Shown here: piece after piece, positions 35,974 through 44,627 of the stretch
Numbering within the stretch: the first letter of the stretch is position 1
Layout of the letters: every line of letters begins with the position of its first letter
Assembly (NCBI GenBank): GCA_965248575.1
Contig: CBDFJQ010000002.1
Location: forward strand, 5,088,001 to 5,152,000
DNA: 64,000 nt
DNA from: Planctomycetota bacterium
Lineage (GTDB): Bacteria > Planctomycetota > B15-G4
Reading direction: 5' to 3'
Made by a program: the position numbers and the translations under genes
The notes under the pieces: generated by a model
Told to the model about the DNA's origin: nothing
Databases searched by the model: none
What the model saw: the letters and a program-made list of their open reading frames with translations, nothing else

Positions 35974-38691
35974 GTGAACCTGGTGGGCGACGGTGACGAA
36001 GAGCCACTGGGAGACATGTCCGAGGCGGAGCGCGCCTTCGCGGAATACCTCGCCCTCAGCCAAGAGGGTGAGGTCGACTTCGAGTCGTTTTGTGCCCAGC
36101 GTCCGTCCATCGCCCGTGAGCTTCGAGTGCTCAATGACCGCTGGAAGGGGCTGCAGAATTTCCTCGGTTCGATCCTCGGCAAGTCACAGCTGCAGAACTC
36201 ACTGTCACAGCTGCTGCATCGAGGTGGCCCCAAGTCCGACGGCAACGACGGTGACGATTCGGACCAGCCCAGCGACGGCTCGGCGGTCGGATCGTCGGAC
36301 CACGACCCCTTGGAGACCCTGCACGATCTGGCCGCACACGGTGCGTCCGTGCGGAGGTATCGCGTGGACAAGGGAATCCCGCTCGGCAAGGGTGGGATGG
36401 GAACGGTCCAGCGGGTCTGGGACAGGAACCTGCGTCGTTGGGTCGTGCGCAAGGTGCTGGATCGAGGGCCGACTCCTGATGGCGTGGAGGACCTGACGGG
36501 AAAGGTCGACTTCGAGGAGGCGTTCCGTTCCAACCCTGACTCCAGCTCGTCCCCCGGTTCCGGGTTGCTCGTGTCGGAGGCGCCCGCCGAACAGGAGACG
36601 ACCGCGGAGCGGGAGCGGCGAGCGCTGGCGCGCTTTCTCGACGAAGCGCTGGTCACGGGTCAGTTGGACCACCCAGGAATCGTGCCAGTGCACGAACTTG
36701 GCGTCACGGAAGGAGGGCGCGCCTACTTCACCATGAAGATGGTGGCGGGCGATGACCTGCGTTTCATTCTCGACCGCCTCGCTGCGGGTGCGACCGACTG
36801 GACCGTCAATCGCATCGTGGGCGTGTTGCGGAGGGTGTGTGAGTCTGTGGCCTACGCGCACAGCAAGGGCGTGCTGCACAGGGACATCAAGCCTGCGAAC
36901 ATCATGGTGGGGCGATTCGGTGAGGCCTACCTCATGGACTGGGGGCTCGCCCGGATCGGTGAGGTGCAAGAGCCAGCCATGGACCGGGCGACGTCCTCCC
37001 CGAAGGTCGGCAAGTCAGCCCCGGCGTCAAGCCCCGTCGTGGGCTCGGATGCCTGCCTCTACACCTACGACGGGGAGTTGTTGGGTACACCTGTCTACAT
37101 GTCACCCGAGCAGGCTGCGGGTGATGTGGCCGATATCGATGAACGCAGCGACGTCTACTCTCTCGGCGCCATCCTCTACCAGGCGTTGACCTCCCACCTG
37201 CCCTTCGTGGGCCGTGATGAGAGGCCGGTGCCTTTCGAGGTGGTGATGCGCGTGCGGCGTGGGGCGCCTCAGCGCGTCAGCGAGCTGGCACCGCACGCGC
37301 CCTTGGGTCTCGTGGAGATCTGCGAACGAGCAATGGCTCGGGAGTCCTCTGCTCGCTTCCAGAGCGCGGAGGAGTTGGCGGCGGAGCTGGGCAACTACCT
37401 CGAGGACATCAGCGAAGACCGCGAAGAGGCGCGTCGTCAGGCCCGCCGCGCGGAGATGATCAACGAGTTCTTGATGGAAGCCCTGACATCCGCAGACCCG
37501 GCAAACGCCCGCGGGAAGGAAGTCACGGTGCGAGACGTCGTGGCGCGCGCGGCGCGCCGCATCGAGCGCAGCGACAAGTCGCTGGAGGCGGTCGACTTGG
37601 CCACCCTGCACGGAACGTTGGGCACGCTGTTCGCGCACATGGGGATCAACGATCGTTCGCGCCTGCATCTCGAGCAGGCACGCGAACTCCAACGCGAGCT
37701 GTTTGGGGAGAAGGATGCCCAGTATCTGGCACTCGCCTCGGAGCTGGCGACGACGCTGCGACGGCTCGGGGACTTCAAGGAGGCCGAGCGCCTGCTGCGG
37801 GCGACGTTCAAGGCCCAGGTCGCCGAGTACGGGGTGGATGACCAGCAGACGCTCGTCACCATGGATGGCCTGGCCATGGTGCAGGAGGCTCAGAGTCGGT
37901 TGGCTGAGGCCGAAGTGCTCTACACCGACGTGTTGGCCGCGCGGCGCTCGGTCTTGGGGTCGCTCTCCCGACAGACGCTCGTGACCTTGAGCAGCCTGGG
38001 TCAGGTGATTCGGCTTCAGGGTCGCTTCGACGAGTCGGAGCAGTACCTGCGCGAAGCGGTCGCCGGGCTGCGGCAGACGCTCGGTGAAGATCACCCGTCC
38101 TCGCTCACGACCTTGGCGAACCTGGGCTGCCTCATGGTGGACATGGAGCGCTTCTCAGAAGCAGAAGCGATCAATCGAAACGTCCATCGGATCAGCTCCG
38201 ATGTTCTCGGAGCCGATCACCCGGAGACGGTGGGGGCGCTCAACAACATTGCCATGAACCTGTTCCGGCAGGGGCACCTCCATGAGGCGGAGAAGCTCCT
38301 GCGGGAAGGCCTGGAGATTCAGGAACGCTGTGAACGGCTCGATCAACCCACCACGCTCTCCATGTCGAACAATCTCGGGCTGATCCTGCTTGAACACGAA
38401 GCGTGGGATGAGGCTCTCGAGCGGTTCCAATTCGCAGTGTCCGGTGCCGAGACGCTGTTGGGCGAGGACAACCGGGTGACCGCACGCTTCCGGCATCACC
38501 TCGGGGTCTTGCTGTTCCGGCGCCGCAAGCTCGAGGAGGCCGAGGCCCACTTGCTCGCGGCCTTCGAGGTCTTGCAGCGTCGCCGATCCCAGAACGAGGC
38601 CTGGGCCTCGGAGGCGGCCTCGGCTCTCTCCGCGCTGTTCGACGCCATGGGGGACGGAGAACAGGCGGAGTCCTACCGAAAGCTGGTCTGA
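35974..38691 (+). CDS. Ser/Thr protein kinase with C-terminal TPR repeats
   Basis: LGKGGMG, HRDIKPAN, DWG and GTPVYMSPEQ motifs; kinesin-light-chain-type TPRs (LGEDHPSSL, LGADHPETV); start may be ATG 36016. Confidence 0.92.
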   Translation: MNLVGDGDEEPLGDMSEAERAFAEYLALSQEGEVDFESFCAQRPSIARELRVLNDRWKGLQNFLGSILGKSQLQNSLSQLLHRGGPKSDGNDGDDSDQPSDGSAVGSSDHDPLETLHDLAAHGASVRRYRVDKGIPLGKGGMGTVQRVWDRNLRRWVVRKVLDRGPTPDGVEDLTGKVDFEEAFRSNPDSSSSPGSGLLVSEAPAEQETTAERERRALARFLDEALVTGQLDHPGIVPVHELGVTEGGRAYFTMKMVAGDDLRFILDRLAAGATDWTVNRIVGVLRRVCESVAYAHSKGVLHRDIKPANIMVGRFGEAYLMDWGLARIGEVQEPAMDRATSSPKVGKSAPASSPVVGSDACLYTYDGELLGTPVYMSPEQAAGDVADIDERSDVYSLGAILYQALTSHLPFVGRDERPVPFEVVMRVRRGAPQRVSELAPHAPLGLVEICERAMARESSARFQSAEELAAELGNYLEDISEDREEARRQARRAEMINEFLMEALTSADPANARGKEVTVRDVVARAARRIERSDKSLEAVDLATLHGTLGTLFAHMGINDRSRLHLEQARELQRELFGEKDAQYLALASELATTLRRLGDFKEAERLLRATFKAQVAEYGVDDQQTLVTMDGLAMVQEAQSRLAEAEVLYTDVLAARRSVLGSLSRQTLVTLSSLGQVIRLQGRFDESEQYLREAVAGLRQTLGEDHPSSLTTLANLGCLMVDMERFSEAEAINRNVHRISSDVLGADHPETVGALNNIAMNLFRQGHLHEAEKLLREGLEIQERCERLDQPTTLSMSNNLGLILLEHEAWDEALERFQFAVSGAETLLGEDNRVTARFRHHLGVLLFRRRKLEEAEAHLLAAFEVLQRRRSQNEAWASEAASALSALFDAMGDGEQAESYRKLV

Positions 38692-38724
38692 GCGCTCGTG
38701 GGAGTCGCCCGGGAACTCCGGGCC

Positions 38725-40377
38725 TTACGGGACATCGCCAAGGATGGCATCGGAACGGGCGACACCGTTCGTTGCATCCGCGTCCACGACGTAGAACTGG
38801 TAGTAGATCGCCATCCCTGAGAGCCCGTTGGGCTGCAGGTACGTGTGGGAGAGGGTTCCGGTGGATGTCGTGACCAAGGAGTCCACGAGAACCTCGGGAA
38901 CGGGAATCAGTTCGCCGGTTTGGCTATCGAGGAAGAGGGCCGAGCCGATGACCAGCGTGGCCGGAGCATTTGGCTTTGCGTCCTTTAGCGTCAGGAGGAC
39001 ATCGGTGCCAGCCAGGAGTTCGCCTTCACCGTCGATGCTGGGGGTGACACCGTTGAGACCTGCGACACCACCACCGAGTGATTCCCAGCGGGTGAGGCTG
39101 AGGATCATCGCGCTGCCGGCGTTGTTTGCTGAGACGTCGGACTGACAGGCAGCCACTCCGATATCGGGCTTGCCATCACCGGAGATGTCGCCTACGAAGC
39201 AGGCGCTGGACCCGAACCGATCACCCGCTGCGGAGCCGCTGAGTTGCTGGAGCATGGCACCGTTGGCTCCCGAATAGACCCGGAGCATCCCCGAGTCAGT
39301 TCCGTTGAGATCGCTCATCGAGGCGCCCACGGCGAAGTCGGGAACTCCATCTCCGTCCAGGTCACCCGACCCGGCGACGGAACTTCCGAAACCGTTGCCG
39401 ACCAAACCACTCACTGAGTGAAGGATGGCTCCGTCCTTTCCAGAGAGGACGTACACGTAGCCCGGCGCTGTCGGTTCTCCCATGCCATCACGAGGGTCGC
39501 TGGAAACGATGTAGTCCGACTGTCCGTCGCTGTTCATGTCGCCAACGGCTTCGATCTTGTGTCCAAGCCGGTCCCATGGGGCACCGCCCATGATGTTCTG
39601 GACGGTCGTCAGGGTCGCCGGGTTGAACAAGCGAACGTAGCCGGAGTCACCATCCGTCTCGCCTTGGGTCGCGCCAATCAGGACACCCGCGTCGGGGTCG
39701 GAGAAACCCATGCTCGAGTCCATGCCGGAGACCGAGCTGCCAAAGAGATCACCCGAACCAGAACCGTCGAGCCGGAACAGCTCGCTGCCATCAGCTCCGG
39801 AGAACCCGTAAGCGGAGCCGGAGTGGAAGCCCGCAGGGCTTTCCAGGGGGGCGCCGACAAGGACATCCAGGATGCCATCGCCATCCAGATCGCCCGCGGC
39901 TGAGATGGCTGACCCGAAGCCGCCGCCCGGGACACTCCCCTGCAAGGAGAAGAGCTCGGCCCCGCTACCGCCAGAGATGATGCGAACCTGGCCTGGAGAG
40001 CTGGCATGGCCCAGCCCGGGAGCGCCGAGCGCGACGTCGTCGAAGCCGTCCTGATCGAGATCCCCGACGCCCGCGACGCTTCGCCCGAGTTGCTCATTCG
40101 GTGCACCGCCAAACACCTCCAACAGCGTGGAGCCGTCAGCGCCGGAGACGACCCAGGCGCGGCCAGCGTCGAGACCCGTGGTGCTGTCTCGCCATGAACC
40201 GAACAGCACATCGCCGACGCCATCGCCATTGACGTCGCCGGCGTAGGCCATGGCGCCGAGTTGCTCCCCCGGGGAGCTACCGGTGACTTCGAGAACGAGG
40301 TTTCCGGCAAGCGCAGTTGCCGGGAGGAACGCCGCCGCAATCAGGGCGGACAGGATGCTGCTTTTGGGGCTATGCAT
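38725..40377 (-). CDS. Secreted FG-GAP/integrin-alpha repeat protein
   Basis: Signal peptide; about seven FGxSV..GDxDGDG..D...GAP repeats; distinct C-terminal domain of about 120 aa. Confidence 0.92.
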   Translation of the reverse strand: MHSPKSSILSALIAAAFLPATALAGNLVLEVTGSSPGEQLGAMAYAGDVNGDGVGDVLFGSWRDSTTGLDAGRAWVVSGADGSTLLEVFGGAPNEQLGRSVAGVGDLDQDGFDDVALGAPGLGHASSPGQVRIISGGSGAELFSLQGSVPGGGFGSAISAAGDLDGDGILDVLVGAPLESPAGFHSGSAYGFSGADGSELFRLDGSGSGDLFGSSVSGMDSSMGFSDPDAGVLIGATQGETDGDSGYVRLFNPATLTTVQNIMGGAPWDRLGHKIEAVGDMNSDGQSDYIVSSDPRDGMGEPTAPGYVYVLSGKDGAILHSVSGLVGNGFGSSVAGSGDLDGDGVPDFAVGASMSDLNGTDSGMLRVYSGANGAMLQQLSGSAAGDRFGSSACFVGDISGDGKPDIGVAACQSDVSANNAGSAMILSLTRWESLGGGVAGLNGVTPSIDGEGELLAGTDVLLTLKDAKPNAPATLVIGSALFLDSQTGELIPVPEVLVDSLVTTSTGTLSHTYLQPNGLSGMAIYYQFYVVDADATNGVARSDAILGDVP

Positions 40378-40491
40378 GCCATTTGCCGGCGAGGCCGTGC
40401 CGGCGTCCTTTCTTCGAGTGAACCGCGGCCGAATTGGGCTCACGGTTGGATCATGGTGTGTGAGGTGGCTTGTTGAAGCGCCGCGAGCTCG

Positions 40492-41256
40492 TCAGCCGCC
40501 GGCCAGGCGACGTGCTGAATCGATGGCTCGCGAAAGCGCTTTGCGCGCTGCTTCGTATGTGAGATCCAACGCCGTCGCGATGTCCTCGATCGATGCACCC
40601 TTCAGGTGCAGCGACAGGATTCGCGCCTCCCGTTCCTTCATGCGCAGAAGGATGAGGATGTAACGCTCGCGTTGTTCTCTCTTGATGCTGTGGCCCACGG
40701 GTTGAGCCTCTTCCATGCCCACGGACTCGAGCTCTTGCTCGTCCGGCATGGGAACGCGCAGATCTTCCGCCCGGGAACGGGAACGGAAGCCACGGACCTT
40801 GTCCTTCACCTTCCAGTCCATGCGCTGCTGGAACAGTTCATGGAACTGCCCACGCGTCTCGAACTTGAGACCGGCCAACTTTCCCCAGATGTCGCCGAAC
40901 ACGCTGTCGACGAGATCGCCCGTGTCGAGATAACGCCTCAGGCCCGAGCTACTGGGCAGGGTCTTGGACCCCATCTTCATCATCCGCAGCATGAAGTAGG
41001 CTGCGAATTCGTCGCCCACCTTGCGGTTGCTGCGCAGGATCCTGTGCATCTCCGCCAGCACGGCGTCTTCGAGTTCGGCACCTTCCTCGTGGCGGGTCAT
41101 CGCGGCCTGCATCAGCTCACCCGTCTCGAGGGCCGTGGCGCTCGCAGGGCCCAAGCAGGAGAGCGCAAATCCCCGAGCGGCGTTCTCACGCCCAGCAAGA
41201 TCCAGATCTGCGGATCTTGGGGTCAGCGGAGTCTGTCTACGGCTGCTTTCGGGCAT
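40492..41256 (-). CDS. Divergent ECF sigma factor with N-terminal extension
   Basis: Sigma2-like LRRYLDTGDLVDSVF...KVKDKVR; sigma4 HTH EARILSLHLKGASIEDIATALDLTYEAARKALSRA. Confidence 0.78.
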   Translation of the reverse strand: MPESSRRQTPLTPRSADLDLAGRENAARGFALSCLGPASATALETGELMQAAMTRHEEGAELEDAVLAEMHRILRSNRKVGDEFAAYFMLRMMKMGSKTLPSSSGLRRYLDTGDLVDSVFGDIWGKLAGLKFETRGQFHELFQQRMDWKVKDKVRGFRSRSRAEDLRVPMPDEQELESVGMEEAQPVGHSIKREQRERYILILLRMKEREARILSLHLKGASIEDIATALDLTYEAARKALSRAIDSARRLAGG

Positions 41257-41460
41257 CGGAACGCTGGGGCTACGGACACGGGGCGGGCTCAACCCCGGGG
41301 CGCAGGAAAGGCAGACCGTTCGGGTTAGGAAGGCTACTGCCGGAATTGGAGGCTGCGATGGAACGGGCACTTCACAGCGCGCGCAGCCGGTGCAACGAGG
41401 GGGGGGGCGACGCGCCCTGCAATTAACTAAGAGCTGGTCGTCTCCCCTAGCGGACAAGCA

Positions 41461-41570
41461 TTTCCGAAAAAACCGCTTGGGGGCCCCGGGGCTGCCCGTG
41501 GCGGGCCCTCCTCAGCCAGATTTTTCCAGATTTCTTGTCCGCTTCAGCGTCGTTCGGTCTCTTTCCGAAA
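41461..41570. promoter_or_regulatory. Two copies of the inverted-repeat motif TTTCCGAAA in the AT-richer region upstream of the second ECF gene
   Basis: Copies at 41461-41469 and 41562-41570; regulatory function is inferred only. Confidence 0.35.
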
Positions 41571-41863
41571 CATGGTCTCTCAATGGACCGGCGCCACGTT
41601 CTCGACGAGGGGGTTGAGAACACCGAGCGATCGGCGGCGCCTTGGTCGGGGGAGATGGATGGCTTGAGGACGTCGACCGCCTGGGGTGCCGGAACCCTGG
41701 GCGGTCGCTTTTCTTGGTACGGACCCTCACAGCGCCAGGCACGCCGCACGGGCGGCCCTGGGCAGGGTGCTCCCCTCGCGCGGACCCCGAGCGCAGCCTG
41801 AAGAGATCCCCAGGGGCTCTGGGCCGGTGCTTGGGCACCCGGGCCGAACCGAGGCCGTCGAAC

Positions 41864-44533
41864 CTAGGCCAGGGCCTTGGAGGCGATCTCGATCACGTTG
41901 TTGGAGAGGCCGTCCACTGCCAGGATGCGCTTGAGTTGAGCCTCCTGGAGCCCCTGGCGGGCGGCATCATGGCGCCGCCAGCCATTGAAGAGCGCCGCCA
42001 GGCGCCCGGCGAGAACCGGATTGCGATTGTCGACAGCCAGGACCACGTCCGCCAACAGCTCGTAGCCTCGCCCGTCCAGATCGTGAAAACGGAGCGGATT
42101 GCGGCCGAAGGTCCGATACAGGGCGCGCAGCTTGTTGGGGTTCGTGGCGTCGAAGCAGCTGTCCTGCGCCAACCTCTGGATGTCATCGACCACCTGCGGC
42201 CGGGATGACTTGGCCTGGGCTGCGAACCACTTGTTCATCACCAGGGGGTCGTGCTGCCAGCGGTCCCGGAAGCGGGCGACGGCCTGGTTGCGGGTCTCGT
42301 CGGTGCGGTGGGCCAGGAGTTGCAGAGCTGCCAGCTCGTCGGTCATGTGGGTGGCGGACTCGCCGTGCGTCACGCAGAGGTCGGTCAGCTCCGGCTCGTC
42401 GAGCAAGGCGAGGTACCCGAGACATTCGTTGCGAAGCGCCCTGGCTCCCGCGCTTTCGACACTCCACGCATCGAGCGCCGTGCTGGCGAGTTCGTGATAG
42501 GTCGCGAGGAAGTCGTCGCGGAATGCTGCCGCGATGGCTGTGCAAAGCGTGGTGTGGGCCACATGGATGGCTTCCACGTCTACGCACTCGCTCAGGTCAC
42601 CCAGGACGGACTCGTCTGGAAGGCGCATGGCCTCGGCGCGGAATGCCGTGTCCAAGCTCTTGTCGCTGAGCAGGCTTCCAAAGACATCGAGGGCCTCGGC
42701 AGGGAGGGTGAGCGGGCGACCGGCGCGCTGCTCCTCGACAAGCTCCAAGGCCAGATCGGCCGCGAGGCGCTGCACCGCTTCCCAGCGGTTGAAGAGGTCG
42801 CTGTCGTGACGGGCCTGGAATCCCAGCGCCTCGCGGCTGGACTCCATGCGCAGCCGCACGGGAGCGCTGAAGCCGCGCAGCAAGGATGGCACGGGTTCGG
42901 CTTCGAGGCCCACGAAACGGAACACCTCTCGTTGCCTGCGCAGTGAGAGCACGCGCGTGGTGGGCTCTTCGCCCTGCTCGCCGTCGGACTCCAGCTTCAG
43001 CGGGAGATCCGCTCCGTCCGGGCCCAGCAGCCCCATGGCGACGGGGATGTGGAAGGGCTCCTTGGTGGGCTGCCCAGGGCTGGGGGGACAGCTTTGTTCA
43101 AACGTGAGCTCGTACACGCCCAGCGCGGCTTCCCAGCGGCCCGTCACCTCGAGGGTGGGGGTGCCGGCTTGCTCATACCAGCGGCGGAACTGGGTCAGGT
43201 CGAGACCTCCCACCTCCTCCATGCACAACACGAACTCCTCCGTCGTGACGGCTTGCCCGTCGTGCCGCTCGAAGTACAGGTCGGTGCCCTTGCGGAAACG
43301 CTCGGCGCCCAGCAGCGCGGCGAACATGCGGATCAGCTCCGCGCCCTTCTCGTAGATCGTCGTGGTGTAGAAGTTGTCGATGCTGATGAAGGCCCGTGGC
43401 CGTACCGGGTGCGCGAGGGGGCCTGCATCCTCGGGAAACTGCATCGCCCGCAACTGGCGCACATCCGCGATGCGCTGAACGGCCCGATGACCCACATCCG
43501 CTGAGAACTCCTGGTCCCGGAAAACAGTCAGGCCTTCCTTGAGGCTCAGCTGGAACCAGTCGCGGCAGGTGACGCGATTGCCCGACCAGTTGTGGAAGTA
43601 CTCATGGCCGATGACGCTTTCGATGCGTTGGTAGTCCTCGTCCGTGGCCGTGTCCGGGCGGGCCAGGACCAGCTGATCATTGAAGAGGTTGAGGCCCTTG
43701 TTCTCCATGGCACCCATGTTGAAGTTGGACACCGCCACGATCATGAAGATGTCGAGGTCGTACTCCCGGCCGAAGGCCTGCTCGTCCCAGCGCATGGATC
43801 GCTTCAGCGACTCCATGGCGTGCTCCGTCTTGTCCTCATTGCCTTTGTCGACGAACAACTTCAGGGCAACCTCACGTCCGCCGCAGGTGGTGAAGTTGCT
43901 CTCGAGGCAGGCGAGATCTCCTGCCACGAGGGCGAAGAGGTAGCAGGGCTTGGGGAAGGGGTCGTGCCAGGTTGCGAAGTGCCGGCCATCCTGGGCATCG
44001 CCTGAATCCAGCAGGTTCCCGTTCGCCAGGAGTGTCGGATAGGCGAGCTTGTCGGCGACCAGCGTGGCGATGTACTCGGACATGACGTCCGGACGGTCCT
44101 GGAAGTAGGTCACACGCCGGAAACCCTGGGCTTCCATCTGGGTGCAGAACACACCGCCAGAGCGATAGAGCCCTTCCAGAGTGGTGTTGTTCTGCGGTTG
44201 CAGGATCGTGACCACCTGCAGCACGAACTGGTCCAGCTCTGCGGGGAGCTCGATCGTCAGGGCATGATCGGTTCGTTCATACTCGGAAGGCTCCAGCTCG
44301 GCTCCATCCAGGATGACCGTTTCGAGCGACAGCTGGGTGCCGTCGAGGACCAACGAGTTCGCCGACTCGCCAGCGTCTGCAGCCCGGGAGTAGGTGGTGG
44401 TTGCCGTGACCCTGGTCTCGTCCTCTCCCAGCTCGAACAGCAATTCGGTCTGAGGTGCCAGCCAAGCGGGCGGGCAGTAGTCTTCGAGACGCGTGGTGAG
44501 TGGTTCGCGCGCTGTGGTGGCCGACGGCAACAT
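41864..44533 (-). CDS. pepN: Aminopeptidase N (M1)
   Basis: TQMEAQGFRR, GAMENKGLN, HEYFHNWSGNRVT, LKEGLT, YEKGAE and NPNK motifs; likely start ATG 44533. Confidence 0.96.
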   Translation of the reverse strand: MLPSATTAREPLTTRLEDYCPPAWLAPQTELLFELGEDETRVTATTTYSRAADAGESANSLVLDGTQLSLETVILDGAELEPSEYERTDHALTIELPAELDQFVLQVVTILQPQNNTTLEGLYRSGGVFCTQMEAQGFRRVTYFQDRPDVMSEYIATLVADKLAYPTLLANGNLLDSGDAQDGRHFATWHDPFPKPCYLFALVAGDLACLESNFTTCGGREVALKLFVDKGNEDKTEHAMESLKRSMRWDEQAFGREYDLDIFMIVAVSNFNMGAMENKGLNLFNDQLVLARPDTATDEDYQRIESVIGHEYFHNWSGNRVTCRDWFQLSLKEGLTVFRDQEFSADVGHRAVQRIADVRQLRAMQFPEDAGPLAHPVRPRAFISIDNFYTTTIYEKGAELIRMFAALLGAERFRKGTDLYFERHDGQAVTTEEFVLCMEEVGGLDLTQFRRWYEQAGTPTLEVTGRWEAALGVYELTFEQSCPPSPGQPTKEPFHIPVAMGLLGPDGADLPLKLESDGEQGEEPTTRVLSLRRQREVFRFVGLEAEPVPSLLRGFSAPVRLRMESSREALGFQARHDSDLFNRWEAVQRLAADLALELVEEQRAGRPLTLPAEALDVFGSLLSDKSLDTAFRAEAMRLPDESVLGDLSECVDVEAIHVAHTTLCTAIAAAFRDDFLATYHELASTALDAWSVESAGARALRNECLGYLALLDEPELTDLCVTHGESATHMTDELAALQLLAHRTDETRNQAVARFRDRWQHDPLVMNKWFAAQAKSSRPQVVDDIQRLAQDSCFDATNPNKLRALYRTFGRNPLRFHDLDGRGYELLADVVLAVDNRNPVLAGRLAALFNGWRRHDAARQGLQEAQLKRILAVDGLSNNVIEIASKALA

Positions 44534-44627
44534 GGGTGGACTCCCTGGGGGTCGCCACACCCTAAGGTTGCGCCGTGCTTTGGGACAGCCGCGAGCTACG
44601 GATGAGCCCCCGTGGCGAGCGCCCGGC

